Shown here piece by piece: positions 40,280 to 54,272 of a DNA stretch of 64,000 nucleotides. Each line of letters begins with the position of its first letter. The first letter of the stretch is position 1. Below the pieces are notes generated by a model that searched no databases, was not told the DNA's origin, and saw only the letters and a list, made by a program, of their open reading frames with translations. Position numbers and translations under genes: made by a program. This DNA comes from Chrysomallon squamiferum (taxonomy: Eukaryota > Animalia > Mollusca): NCBI GenBank assembly GCA_012295275.1, contig CM022665.1, positions 8,370,001 through 8,434,000 of the forward strand. Direction: 5' to 3'.

Positions 40280-43200
40280 TAATAACATAGGGACTACGAT
40301 GTCGGTGAAATATGTCTAAATGAATCTGTGTCTGTCGCTTAAACTAAGTTTCGTGTATCTTCAAATAATGTTTGTACGTCGGTTACTTGGCAAGAAGGTG
40401 TGTTAGTTATTCAATCATTCGGTCTGTTTTTTGTTTGTCAGTTAAGTGATTACTTATACAATGGATGTAAATTTCTCACCAAAACTAAATTTTGGAAAGA
40501 AGCCACCTTTTTTCTCGACCCTTTTTGGAATCTGCAAAAAAATAAAATAATAATAATAATCATAATCATAATCATCATCATCATCATTTATAAATGGGTT
40601 TGAAATATGTCATCTACTTTGATGACATATTTTGCTTTCTCATATATCTTTTTTTTTTTAGTAATTAAGTAGTAAGATACAAACTGGTTACTGTGATCCA
40701 TTTGCATTTAGCGAGTTGAGGAGTTTAGAACACAGATAAATATTTGTTTAAGAAAAAAAACGAAACGCAATTCATTACACTATACGAACGATGATTTATT
40801 GACTGGTAATATTCCTTGTATACCCAACTCCATTTTTATGACTTTTATTCCTTCCTATATTATGTTTTCCACTTTACTTTCATCTTGCCTTTCTTTTGGT
40901 AAATATTTACTCAAAGGAAACATTTTTCTTCTGATACTGTTTCATACAAGGTCGTTTCAAATATGCATTATTTCTTTAGACTATTGTTTAGAAAAGAGAT
41001 GATTTTATTTTACTACCTGTTGTAACTGTGGACTTGGTCTCTCGAATGGTCTCGGAACATCCTCTGTTTTTACACTTTGACTAGTTGAGCCTGTTTCCAC
41101 TTCGTCAGAGTTACTCGCAAGCGGAGAATTTAAAAGTTTCTCGCTTTCCCCTATAATAAATATTGATAAAAAGTTTTAACAATTTTCACTTGACATAGTG
41201 TTTACATGAACCAAAGGAATAACGTTGGAGGTGTCATGTGACTGAATTTGATTAATAATAATTATTATTTCTATATAAAAACTATCTTGGTAATTAAATT
41301 TATTTGTTTCATTTTTGAAAACGTCTGTAAAATTTTACATACTTTCAATCATATCTTGGACAATTTCAGGATGTTTCTTCAGTTTGATGAAGAAATATTT
41401 CAGAACCTCCTTGATATCCTGGCTAACGGCATTGTCGTCTGCAACGTTCTCGTTTTCATTCTGTTTCTCACTTTTGCTTGATCTGGATTTTAGTGCATTG
41501 TTTACGGTATCTTCCTCTTGTAACTGTTGTTCCAAATCAGGCCCTGCTTTCTGCAGATAAAATAATTATATTTCATTATAGAAGTTTATTCCAGCTGAGA
41601 TTCAGCATGTGGTATGAAACTAGTTAAAGAATGCAGGAATTAGGATAGCTCATAACAGGGTTTTGTCAACTGTCATCTGCTATTATCTTTATTATCATCA
41701 TCATCGTCATAGTGATTGTCGTTGTTTTGCAGTTATTACTATAATTATCAATATTATATTGATTATCTTTGTATTATGGATCTACGTTTTCCATTATGAT
41801 TTTAATCAACGTTTCAAAAAATAATCTCAAGTCAACAAATGTTATTTCCTGTTGATAAGGATCCCACTTGTGTGTAAAACAGATTTATTGCACAGCCTGT
41901 CAGATAAAAACAGAGCTATTAATGGCACTATAAATTACTGAGACTTGCTTGTTTTATTCATATAACCATAGAAAATAATTAGAAGTCTCAAATCTCAGTC
42001 GCTGATGAAATAATTAATGAGAACATATATCTAAAATACGTTCCGCGGATTCATCTTAAGGTTTCTATTTAAATCCACGTGACAGTTTAATGCAAGAACG
42101 AATACTTGTTGGTTTTTTTGTTTTTTTATTGACCATCATCTCTATTAGCGGTTATGAAGTGAACTAAAAATAAACTGTTGCAATAGTTTCGTTATTGCTA
42201 TTGCTGTTGTTGTGTTACTTTTGTTGTTCTCGATGATGATGTTTTGATTCATATATGGAAATGAAATCATCTTGAAAATTAACAAAAAAACAACTTAAAG
42301 AGACATGCGCACTCATGTTGAAAATTAAGAAATACTGAGACATGCACACGTACATTCATCACACAAGTCAGGCTAATTTAATAATGTCCCTAGGCGACTT
42401 TCATTTTGTCTGATAGAGTGAGTCCATTTACGCGTTCTTTCTATGATGATGCATAGAGCTAGAAAACAAAAAACCGGATTATATATTATCTGACAATATT
42501 TAATAACATCAACAATATGGGTTCTGGTTAAGGCAGCAAAGGGCAAAGTGAAGTTAGTTCGCTTCTTGCCACATACTGCGAGTATTTATAATTACCTTCT
42601 GATGAAAATTATTAACCAGACGAAGTGACATAATAGTAATACGTCAGTCAGGAATTTTACAAAAACACAGACTCACTACTTTAAAAAAGCGAAATCGGTT
42701 CTGTGAACTGTGATGATGAACATAATAAACAGAGTTGTTCAGGTGTAAAACTTTGAAGAAATAATAATTTGAGTTTAGATGAGTTTTAATGACTTCCACA
42801 TCGAACGATTAGAGAATTAAATGAAATAACTGCGATAGTTTCTGTAAGGCACCAGAACCAATAATTTCCCGACAGTTTTTATTAATTTATTTATATATTT
42901 TTTTTTAAATTTATTTTTCTTTTCTCCTTCAGGTAAGTTGTTTCGTTGCCTTATTGTCTTATTTTTGATTATTCTTCTTATTTTGCTTCTTTTCTTTTTG
43001 TCTTTTTTTTAATTTTATTTTTAATTTCAGTTTTTATTTCAAAAATTAGAAAAACAAATTACAACAAATTATCTGTTTTATCAGTCATCCACGTTCAAAT
43101 TACGCATTTGTTTATTCTTTTCTTTTCTTTTCTTTCTTCCTTTTAATACTTCGTTTACAAAGATTACTGTGTGATACTGCAACATTCACTCAGTTGAGTC

Positions 43201-43986
43201 ACCATCTCATTACCTAATATTATAACATGAAAAACAGAAGGAAAAAAAATCAATATATGACCAACAAATAGTTATAGTCTCGGGTATACGGGTAATATGA
43301 ATGTGACCTGTTTGCAGAAGTCAGTCATTAATATTACGTAAATGCTGTAAATACAGTCTATCTCTCTATTAGAAGGTCATAACAAACCGAACACAGGTCT
43401 AATTACTTTTCGACATTTAAGAACTCCGAAAATTTATTATGGAAATTTCTAGATATTAGAAACGAGAATTCGAGAACTAGCGGAAATGATCGACCGCGAA
43501 AATGCCAGATTTGTCATCCACGAAATGGGAATAAATCATTTGAAAAATTATCTTTCTTTGAACATTTATTGTGTCATTACAGAATCCATAACAGTCATAA
43601 CGAAAACCCCCAGGACATTGTCCTTGTCAAGGTGAACAACGCTGTTCTCTCTCCCACTGTGTAAATTCTTTGTCGTCCTTTTCTTCTTTTCTTTTTTCTT
43701 TTTGGTTTTATTTTGATATCCTTAATGTGTTACTGTTTGTGCTTTAAATCCATAAAAATCAATATTAGTTGCTATTCCCTGTTGCAGATACTTAAAACAG
43801 TTTCTTGATGGCCTTTTTAGGTCCATTATTTAACAGTCACGGCGTCAATATAAATGTAAATCAGATACCAGATACATGTATGAGAAAAAAAAATATTTAA
43901 AAAGGAATTAGAAAAAGAAAAATAACCCAGGAAAATATTTAAATAAAACCTCTCCTTCCTGTAACTTCATATGCCACTAAAATGTT

Positions 43987-44028
<42 letters not shown>

Positions 44029-44332
44029 AATTCACCTGGGGACGTGTCAGTAGAATCTGCGACGGCTGGCCATTTAAAAGAATAAATAATTGTATTTTGT
44101 GATCAAAGATATTTGTATTTCAGTCTGTTTATTTTCCCTAGGGTCTGATGTTGTACTGCATAGCGGAGTACAGAGAAGAAAATGTTAAAGAATACTCTTA
44201 AAACGACAATTACTCCACCATTTAAAAAAAACAAAAAAACAATTAAAACAAAAAAGTTATTTAAAAAAATAAAAGTATTAATTAATTTCTTCTTCTTCTT
44301 CTTCTCTTCTTCTTCTTCTTCTTCTTCTTCTT

Positions 44333-44363
<31 letters not shown>

Positions 44364-46732
44364 TTATTATTATTATTATTTACTTTATTCCTTTATTTAT
44401 TTTCTTATTTTTTTATTTGTTTTAAGTATTTGTTTTTTATTATTGAAATTTATTTAAATTTAGACAGACTAATTCTAAAATATAAAAAATAATAGTAAAT
44501 TTATAAACTGTTTTTGATGTCACTCTGATTAAAATGACTATAGCAAAAATGCCATGCAATGGAAAAACCTTTTCACATTTTCGCTAAAATTAAGATATGA
44601 ACAGTTTCGGAGTTAGCGAGTTTTGCTCAAGTTAACGATGACCCTAAATACTCTTAGATTAAACAAAGTATATATTTTGCAACAGGTATCGTGTGAGAAA
44701 TATCTGACGTGTTTTGTACATAATTACATGTATTATTCTATGGTCTGTCAAAATGTATATTTGCAGTATCTGAAACGGTACTGCAAATGTGAACGAGAAG
44801 CACACGTTTTTGAAGAATTTTATCATACTACACTGGTTCCCTTTAAGTTAATACTCACATTGTCTTGGATTAGTTTGTGTGTTGTTGCTTCCTTGGTAGG
44901 GGCTGATTTTCCTGAAATAATAATAATAATAATAATAAAAGTTCAGATTTCATAACTGTCTGTCCACCTGTACATAAGAATGCATATATGTATGTATTTA
45001 AATATATAATTATGTAGTTACGTAATTATGTAGTTATGGTTACCATCCGAGGTTTACCTGTTGTTAGCACAGTCTGAATATTGTGATAATAAGTAATTTT
45101 TTGAATTCATAGTGAGAGTCATTAAATCATTAAACACAAATCCATTATGTTCATATATTATTACGATAACATATGCTTCCAGAGATTCTGGACAAGAACA
45201 TCTACGCTAGTGAAACAAGGGAGATTCGTATTGTTTGCTTTTGATTTTGCATCATAGACACCAGTATGAATAGCAATGGAATAGTAAGTACTGTTGATAA
45301 CAGTCGCAGACTGCGTTATAAAGGATATGTGTTAATTTAATTTTTGTTTTAAGAAAGATGTAATTAAATTTTAATATTTAATTAAAACCTCTGACTATTC
45401 CACCATCAGTTTGTGGTAACATGCAAGACCAAGACACATACAAAAAAATAAAATAAAATAAAATAAACATTCAAAATTAAAATTAAAATTAATTTTGTAA
45501 TACTTGAAAAACTGAAAGAATGGCTATTTTTATTCTTAAGAAAGTGAAAAAGTCAATATTCATTTTCTAAATACTACTTTGCTTTCGAAGAGGAAGTTTT
45601 AAATGTCAGAGATTCATTTTTGTTTCAGGACCACATGGGGAGACTTCTAAATTGATTATAGGTTTTTTTTTTTTTTCCAAGTTATTAATTAACAGAGAAT
45701 CCGCACCTGATGACAACGAATGTGATTTTATTTCTCTGACAAGCAATAACCTTACTGTTTTTGCCTTCTTAATTTGGTGAGCAGGTTTAAAGACTCCACA
45801 AGTACGCTAATAAAAATATTTTATCTTGTTTTTCAGTTACACAGGAAATATGGAAGTATGAAATACGAAAGGAGATAAAAAGATAATAGTAACTAGAAAG
45901 ATATGTAATCTTAATTTTAAAGAATGTACATTAATAAATAAAAAATATAATAATAATAATAAGATGATGATGATGATGAAAAAGAAGGAAAAGAAAATAA
46001 CATTATTTGGATACTTTAAAAAAAAATTAAATATGCAAAAAATAATAATGAATCTATTAACTTATAACATCATTCAGAGAATGGATAATTAACTTTCAGA
46101 TTATAGTTACAAATACACGTTGTCCAGGATCCTGAGCTCTGTACCAAAGATACTGTTTTGATATAAGAACGATAGGAAAGGACAATTGTCTGGGGAAAAA
46201 AAAAAAAAAAACCAGCCCTTCATGTGGCGACAGCGGGTTTCCTCTCTTTTTATCAGTATAGTAATTTACAGTATGCGTAATATAAGATATCTTTAGATTA
46301 AAATGTGTTGAGTGTGTCCTAATGTAAAACATTTTTTTTTTCCTTCCCTTTCAAAGCTGCAAATGTACTCTTGATTAAATGCATAATGGTTTCTTTACCT
46401 TAAGAGAGGAAATTTGAGATTAAATAAGCACGCTTTATTTATCTCTTCACAGATGAATTATTTTTAACATTTGATTTGTCGTTCTTAAAATAAGAAAATT
46501 ACTTCCATAGTAAAATCGGAAAGTCAAAAGTCTGAAAGATTACAATACATTTGATTGAAATACGAAATTCAAAAGAAATTTATTTTGTTGTGAAAGAGAG
46601 ACAGACAAAGACATGTTCAATAATCAGTTGCGTATCTAGAAGGGGAGTTAGGAAGCAACCGCTGTCCCTGAGCACGTTTTTCAAATGTGGCGCCTTTTTA
46701 ACAATCTTTAAAATCTTTAGTTCACTTGTATT

Positions 46733-46765
<33 letters not shown>

Positions 46766-48609
46766 TGAAGAACTTTCTGGACGTACTACTTTATTCGATC
46801 TACTAAAAGATAGTAGGCTACTGAGGTGGAACCTGGCTATGTCCCTGACAATTATTAATTATAATCACTAAAAATACACAGTACAAGACCTCCTAGTACA
46901 GTTCAGAAAATACTGAATCAGTTTTGTAAATATTCATGAATATTTTATTTAATATCCACAATGTAGTAAGCAGAAAATAACAAAAACAAAATCACAAACA
47001 ATAAAATGATCTATCTGAACAAATGTTGCTACAAGTAGCTTATCGTTAAAAAAAAAAAAAAAAAAATATTCTTTTCTCTTCGTTTTTTTAGTTTTTTTTT
47101 TTTTTTTTTTCACTTTTTTCACGATAAAATTATTACTTACATACAAAAGTATCTTACAATCAGAATATTAAACCGGAAACTGTCACTATTATTTCTGTAG
47201 CTTTCTTATTACTGTCTGTATTGTTATTGTTACTGTTACTTTAAATGTGTTGTTATTATTATCATATTTAATAGTAGTAGAAGTAGTGGTAGTAGTAGTA
47301 GTAGTGGTGGTGGTGGTGGTGGTAGTAATAGTATTGAATTTTTGATAGTATTATAATCATCATCGTCGTCACCATCATCGTCATCATTATTACATCATAT
47401 TTACAAAATAATAATAGGAACTGTTGGAAATCGTACTTTCACCTTTCATTCCTAATATTAATCAATTGTAGACTTGATGGATAGTTTTCTGTCACTGACA
47501 GATACTTCTATTCCAGTTAAAACGAGATAGACTGTTAATACGTTACACTCGACATCCATTGATGGTCTGTTTTCTGCTTCAGGTCAGACGTTATGGATTG
47601 ATTTGTGATACTATTCAATCATAGCTGATATTACACAGTCATTTTATCCCCCCCCCTCTTTCTTCTTTCTTTTTTTCTTTTTCTTTTTTTACATGACACC
47701 AGAATCTGCCAAAAACCTTCCTGTTTTGTATAGGTGTTTTGTGTGTGTGTGCCTGTGTGTTCTGATTTTGGATTTGGGAGTTTTCTGTGTGAAGAAAATT
47801 GACCTAAAACCTATTTTTTAAATTATTATTTGTTTTTTTTGTTATTTGTAGTGGTGATTAGTTTAATTTTCTACTGTCAGTGTTACTGCTATCGTATGGT
47901 TGTTGTTCCACCTTACATTAAAATATAAGAAATACATAATTTCTAATAGGTAAGTACTGCTCAGTTATAGATAAAAATAAATTCTGGTATTCACGACATA
48001 GTATTAAAATATATATTGCACATCATAACAGGAAATGTCCCCTGGGAAATTAATTTCAGAAACGCAATGTATTTTTTATTAGATTGATTCTTTAAAATGA
48101 TAATAATAATAAACACTAAAATGTCATTCTCTTACTAATATGATTATTTTTCTTTGTATTGTTGCTTTAGTAGGTTTATTTATCTTTTTCTCAGGACTTT
48201 TTTTTTTAGTTATCGTTTAGCTAAAATTAACGACAAATTATTTTTTTATTATTACTGCTCCACTATATGCGCGCGCGCGGGTGTTTATCTTGAGTATGTA
48301 TGAGTGTATGTGTGTGTGTGGCGTGTGCGTTTCAGATGTGTGTGTGTGTGTGTGTGTTATTCAGTATATTCTATCTACATTTAGTATTTTGTTTTGTAAT
48401 ATAATTATACTGATGAAGACTGTAAGAAATTTCCTCATAGAGCACACGTCTAAGTTTCGTCCAGCATCCGTTAAAAACGACAATTTAACAGTTGGATACT
48501 TGTCAGTAATTTGATTTCTCCCCAAGAGTTTTCTAAATTATGTCTTAAATGAAGCCATTTTTCTAGATATCTTCAGCAAAATGAATTTTCTAACAAACGA
48601 AGTACAAAA

Positions 48610-48701
<92 letters not shown>

Positions 48702-48997
48702 GTAGATCCATTTATATAAAGTTAAAGAAATATTATCGTGTTTTCACTGGTTTGGAATAGTGCGTGGGACAAGTATTTAGTGTTTTGTTTGTTTTTTATT
48801 TTTTTTTCAATTAAGAAAGTGGTTTTAAATTATACATCTGTCACAATATTTAATAATCAGTTTTCACTTCAAAGTGTTAATGAAAAACTCCCAATGTTTG
48901 TTGATAAGGTGTTAATCACAAGAAGAGAAACAATGACTATAATTAAAAAACAATATCATTCTGTGGAAGATACCAGTTCCCCTGCAAATTACTTCGA

Positions 48998-49040
<43 letters not shown>

Positions 49041-49106
49041 TTTTTTTAATCCGGATAAAATTAATTCCTTAAATCATTAATGAATTTAAAACTAATAAAA
49101 TTTTAA

Positions 49107-49141
<35 letters not shown>

Positions 49142-49841
49142 TAAATAAAGTGAAAATTTTAACATAAAATTATGCTGTTTTGATTTCTCAGCAGAATTAT
49201 TTTATAAAAGAGTAGACGGACAAATGTGCTAACATATTTAAAAGAAGAAAAATTCAGATTCTGAAATCAGAATACATAATTTTATATAAAAATTCTAAGA
49301 CACACAAACACACATCAAACACATAATAAAATAAATAAATAAATAATAAAACATTTAAAAGGATCAACATGTATTCATATATTTATGCGCTGAAATTTAA
49401 AACGAATAGAACAGCGTTGTTTCTTAAAGTGTGACATGGCAGTAAAAAATGACATCATACATTATTTACGTAAAATGATATTGTCCTCTAGCCAACTTAA
49501 GCTGATAAGACACATAAAAAACATTAGTTTCTATATATTAATGTTACTCTGAAGTTTTGAACTATGACTGGTGAACGAACAGCATGGATCAAGTCAAAGA
49601 ATTTAATTTTTTAGCGTTAATTGATTTCACACGATTGCTAGGAAAATTAGCTGGTAGCAGGTGATGTTGCTGAGTAATTAACTAAACTGTGGCAACAATG
49701 TCACGTTTCAACCAAAATGAATTTGAAATTCTATTCTCTTTCAAGACAATATTACAGTCTACAGGGAAGATACGTCTGGGCGAAATTTTCCTCTTTTTTT
49801 TTTTTTTTCTTTTTTTTTTAAAAGATTTGAAAAAATAAGAC

Positions 49842-49884
<43 letters not shown>

Positions 49885-50913
49885 AGCAGAGAGCAAGAGA
49901 GAATTAAAGACACTCAAACACAACATAAAAAGCATTTGTTTTTTAAACACTGATATTTTCAATTTATCCGAAACTGACATTTTTACTTTATGAAAAATTG
50001 TGCATTATTATTATTATTATTATTATTATTATCCATGTATATACATGTATATACATTATTATAATGTTTTTAAAAAAATCTGTGTATTTTGTGTGTAAAT
50101 ACTTTGGTGCAGGTATATAATATAAAAGTCAATACTGTCCTAACTTTATTAACATTACATATTTAATATTAATATTAAACATTACGTAGTCTTTTGTTCA
50201 TAATAACAATTATCAAGGAGAATAAGAATAACAACAATGAATGCTATTGTTGTTGTTACTTCTAATTTTATAGCTATGTTGAGATTATTCACTATTTAGA
50301 ATTATTTATCAAAGTACAATACTATTCCGCAATCAAACTATTCGACATAGTTTTGACTGCTATAAACAGATCCAATGAGTATTATGATTAAGGTCGAAAT
50401 GTGTCTGTCTATTAGTAAGCAATACAAAAAATTGTTTCTATAACGCCCTGAAATTATTTGTATATTAACTGAAAGCTTTCTAAATTTATATTACTACCAT
50501 ACAATAATGAATTAATGTTACAAAGATGATGTTCGTTATAACTCTAAGTCTAAATTAATTATTGTAGATTTAACTTGTTACAGTTTTTATTTTCTGTAAA
50601 TCATGTTCAGTGTTAACAGAAAGACATCAGTGCAGTATGACAATGCTCAATGCTGCTGCGGTTGATGATGTTGTTGCTATCGTTTCTAAAACATCCAGCA
50701 TTACATAGCAGTAATAAAATAGACAAATTATTAGTATATCATCAAATTTAAACTAGTCTGACATGTGAACTATCTATCAGTACTGTCAATAATTTTTATT
50801 TTATTTTATTTTTCTTTAAATGCACTATTAAGTAAATGCTACAATAATAAAAATAAATGCTCACCTTTTATGGTTATCAGCGCAAAAAGTGTTAAAAGGA
50901 AAATGAGTCGCAT
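38384..50913 (-). CDS. Unrecognised secreted, highly acidic (Asp-rich) protein, at least 453 aa
   Basis: Seven phase-consistent GT-AG exons: 50913-50865 (MRLIFLLTLFALITIK), 44911-44859 (GKSAPTKEATTHKLIQDN), 41550-41343, 41150-41017, 40531-40480, 39991-39801, 39187-38516 (poly-D and YYYYYY). The terminal exon is uncertain: 38422-38384 (KCLCQKSDKENR*), or an unspliced stop at 38501. Signal-peptide-like N-terminus with TATAAA upstream. Confidence 0.8.
44288..44380. repeat. (TCT)n followed by (TTA)n microsatellite
   Basis: Directly visible trinucleotide runs. Confidence 0.95.
46215..46345 (+). mobile_element. 3' fragment of a MetaSINE-like SINE
   Basis: Contains ATGTGGCGACAGCGGGTTTCCTCTC and a tail AAAATGTGTTGAGTGTGTCC...AAAACATTT(TTCC)n, resembling the MetaSINE core and 3' tail I recall from mollusc genomes. 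A more degenerate reverse copy may lie at about 30011-30055. Confidence 0.6.
48614..48697. repeat. (TC)n microsatellite
   Basis: Perfect dinucleotide run. Confidence 0.97.
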
Positions 50914-50995
50914 GTTGAAAAAAATCTCGATATAATCAGTGTTGTCACTGTCTACTCAAGGAACAAGAATAAACCTGTTTATTCTGAAGTTTATG

Positions 50996-51001
50996 TTTAT
51001 A
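50996..51001 (-). promoter_or_regulatory. TATA box of the Asp-rich secreted protein gene
   Basis: TATAAA on the minus strand about 85 bp upstream of the ATG at 50913, next to a GC-richer proximal patch. Confidence 0.45.
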
Positions 51002-52499
51002 GTGAGTCCGTCGGGTCATACATCCAAAAGGCGGATCCACTGTTTTGCCAGAGGGTGGAATGGTCCGAAGAACTGAGCAGACTTGTTTGTGAAAAAAAAA
51101 AAAAAAAAAAAATTATTTTTCAAAAAACATCAAGGGAAGGCATATAATAATGGTGAAACAAATCATTAATATAATGTTGTTTGTCTGATTATCGATTTTT
51201 AACATCGATTCAAAGCTTCAGGAACAAAGACCACGACTTACATGATTGCATGCTTTGTTTTTCCGAAGACATCAACAGCCAGCCGTCTGGTTCCACCCAC
51301 TAATCAGAAAAATGGTTGAGTCTGGAAATCGATCCGAAATCGACGTGTTGCTATGGATTTGGGAGACTGTCGTGCATTATTCATCGACTGCGAGAAATGA
51401 TGCATCATTATTTTGTTAACCATGCAATAACAGTTTTCTTTAAACAATCGAAAACCTAATTAGTAATAAAAATAATTTTTAAAAACATTATTATTTTTAT
51501 TTTATCATTACAAAAAATAATAATAATAATCAGACAAATAATCCTCTCATTTATCTAGATCAACAACCATAATAATACACAGTTGGTTACATTTCATAGG
51601 TTTTAATGCCATTTGCTTTTTTTCTTTCTTTTTCTTTTCCCTCGTGCTTTTGCATTCAGTTACAAGATAAATAATTCGAGGATGTATTTATCTGACAGAA
51701 GGAATTATCGGAAAGCTTTTTATAATGAAATTAAAATACATATATAATAGGCCTACGACATAGAGATACAGGCCGGGGGGTGGGGATGGGGTGGTGCAAC
51801 ATCCTTATTAACTTCGGCAAAAGAGTGGGGAAAATGGGAGAAAATCAAAAACAAAAAAGTAGTTCTTTTAAGGTGGATGTTATGTGATTTGTGCTGTGTG
51901 TCGTCGTTTAATCAATTTATTTTTCATTATTATTAATTTTATATATATATATATATAATTAAAAATTGATACATAGATTTTTATCTGTGTAAACCTTCAA
52001 ACAAATCAATCCCTTTGCGTCCTCTAAACAGATTCCTATATACGTATACAAAGTGCATACATACAGCGGTTATTTGAAATCTATAGCTCAGGACCGAGGC
52101 ATTACGGATCATTTCTTGTTACTAAGTCACCGAATTGTTTCTCGTTCTGACCATACCCATAGATCGTTTATCAAAGGCCTTGGAGAGCCTCTGGGGAGGT
52201 GGAAATAAAATATCTCTTTCTGTAAACCGATGCAAATAGCCCAGTGGCTTTCCTTTCATATTACCATTATACAGAAATAAATAAATAAATAATTAAGACT
52301 GTGTTCCGAATTATGAAGTCCGTTTTTCTTACTTTCAGCTGTTTAAAAATTGTAATAAAATAAAAATAAAAATAAAATAAAATAAAAATAAAAATATAAC
52401 AAAATAAAATAAATAAATAACAACTATAACAACATAAAATTAATTTGTTGAAGTATCGCTGTATAGAGATATTCATTCCATCTTCAGTCTGTATAGATC

Positions 52500-52531
<32 letters not shown>

Positions 52532-52824
52532 TATTATTATTATAATTACTATTGTTGTTGTTGTTGTTATTATTATTTGTATGTTGAACTAATTATTTAA
52601 TTTCTAATTACATTTAAAAATTCACGTTTATACTTGTTACCTTGTTACATTTTACAAATGTTTTTATGTAAAAACAGTTGATAGTGTAACCATGTGAGAA
52701 TAATGAATTCTACCACTGTGGAAAACCATTTGCAATTATTATCGAGGGATTTCATACATAATTATTATCATAGACGGGAAAACTCATGCTACAGTTGGAG
52801 AGTTCGTGATTAGAACAGGATTAG

Positions 52825-52898
52825 TTCTCCTTGGTAACCAAATAGACCATTTTCCTGTTCCTGCCAGTATATGGTAACTAACTAATTCTATGACGTAA
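52825..52898. promoter_or_regulatory. Orphan cluster of X-box-like and CRE-like sites
   Basis: TTCTCCTTGGTAAC (52825-52838), CAGTATATGGTAAC (52865-52878) and TGACGTAA (52891-52898). Confidence 0.3.
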
Positions 52899-54240
52899 TA
52901 GGTGCTTTTTGTTATTGTTAATCGATAGTAGAATCACATTGTGCGTGGAAATTAGAACAATGTAATTTTTGGTGTTACAATAGCAGATGTTTGGTTTTAC
53001 GTCATATTCTATTACCCTAAAAATTATATATACATATATATAAAACAATCGACAAAGTAGGTACTGTTTTGTATTACTCTAATTAAATACGTGTCATAAC
53101 AATAAGCTGAATCAATAAGTATTAAACACATTATCAACATGTTTCAGTATTAACAGTTATAAGGTGTCAATTGATTTTTGTATGAATATGAAATAAAGCA
53201 ATTACCGTCGTGCCCGCCGTTAACTTTGTTTTAATACACACAAAATAAAAGAAAACGTAACTCATCATTTGTAACGAAATATAACTTTTTATTACAGATT
53301 CATATCTATGTAGTATATTATAAATTTAATGTGGAATATCATGAACGAATATTGGATATCTGGCTAAAAACTGTGCTCAGCGAATAAGCAAATGTAACTG
53401 GCAATACGATTTTCTTTACACGAGCCACACAATATTGAGCCAGATTGTGTGGAATGAGTATAATATTACGTGGTACAAACAAATGTTAAGTAGTATCTAA
53501 CCCATTCTAACAATACAACAGATGAGCCTGGAACTATCTGTATGAAAGAAAAAGAAATGTATTCTGCTTATGTAAATGGATACAGGTCACTATGCAGCTT
53601 TTTAAAATTTAAAACATTTAAAATTAATCATTGTGATGATACAAATACTGATACATGAGTAACTTTCGAGTAAAAAAATCGTGGTTATACCAGCTGGGTA
53701 AAAAATAACAAAACAAAAAAAAAACGAAACTTTCAGATCACGTACCAACTGTTGAATTGGACACATTTAACTCTTAAAAGACTTCTTTGGTGTGAATAAA
53801 ACTTATATGTTTCAGCCAAATCATGTAACCATCTTACAAGAAACAAACATATTTCTGTAGCAATCAACTTGGTTTCTCAAGAACAGTATTAAATACTTTA
53901 AAAATAAAATTAAAAATAAAAGAATAAAAAAAAGAAACAGCCCCAACAAACTGTAAACTAAAATTAATCTAAAAAAATAAAAACGGGTAATCTGATGGAT
54001 TAACTGAGTAATATGCTTATGTTTATCTCTCTGCTGATCAAGTTTCCAAAACGAACACTTTTTATAAATAGCCATTTATCTTTCATTAGTCAGGACTTCT
54101 CAGGTTACAATGATTTTGTAATACATTTTTTTGAGATTACTAATATTTAAAAATTATAAAATAACCTCTGTTAATAAATAAAATTTTTAAATTACAGCTC
54201 TTAAATGACATAAAATGATACAAAATATAAAATAAATATA

Positions 54241-54272
<32 letters not shown>

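Noticed and set aside
42372-42458. Minus-strand acceptor inside the orphan gene's intron 2
   Set aside because: Stops in all three frames, and the flanking exons already join in phase without it.
51771-51795. G-rich tract with G-quadruplex potential upstream of the orphan gene
   Set aside because: Only three clear G-runs of 3 or more, and no supporting context.
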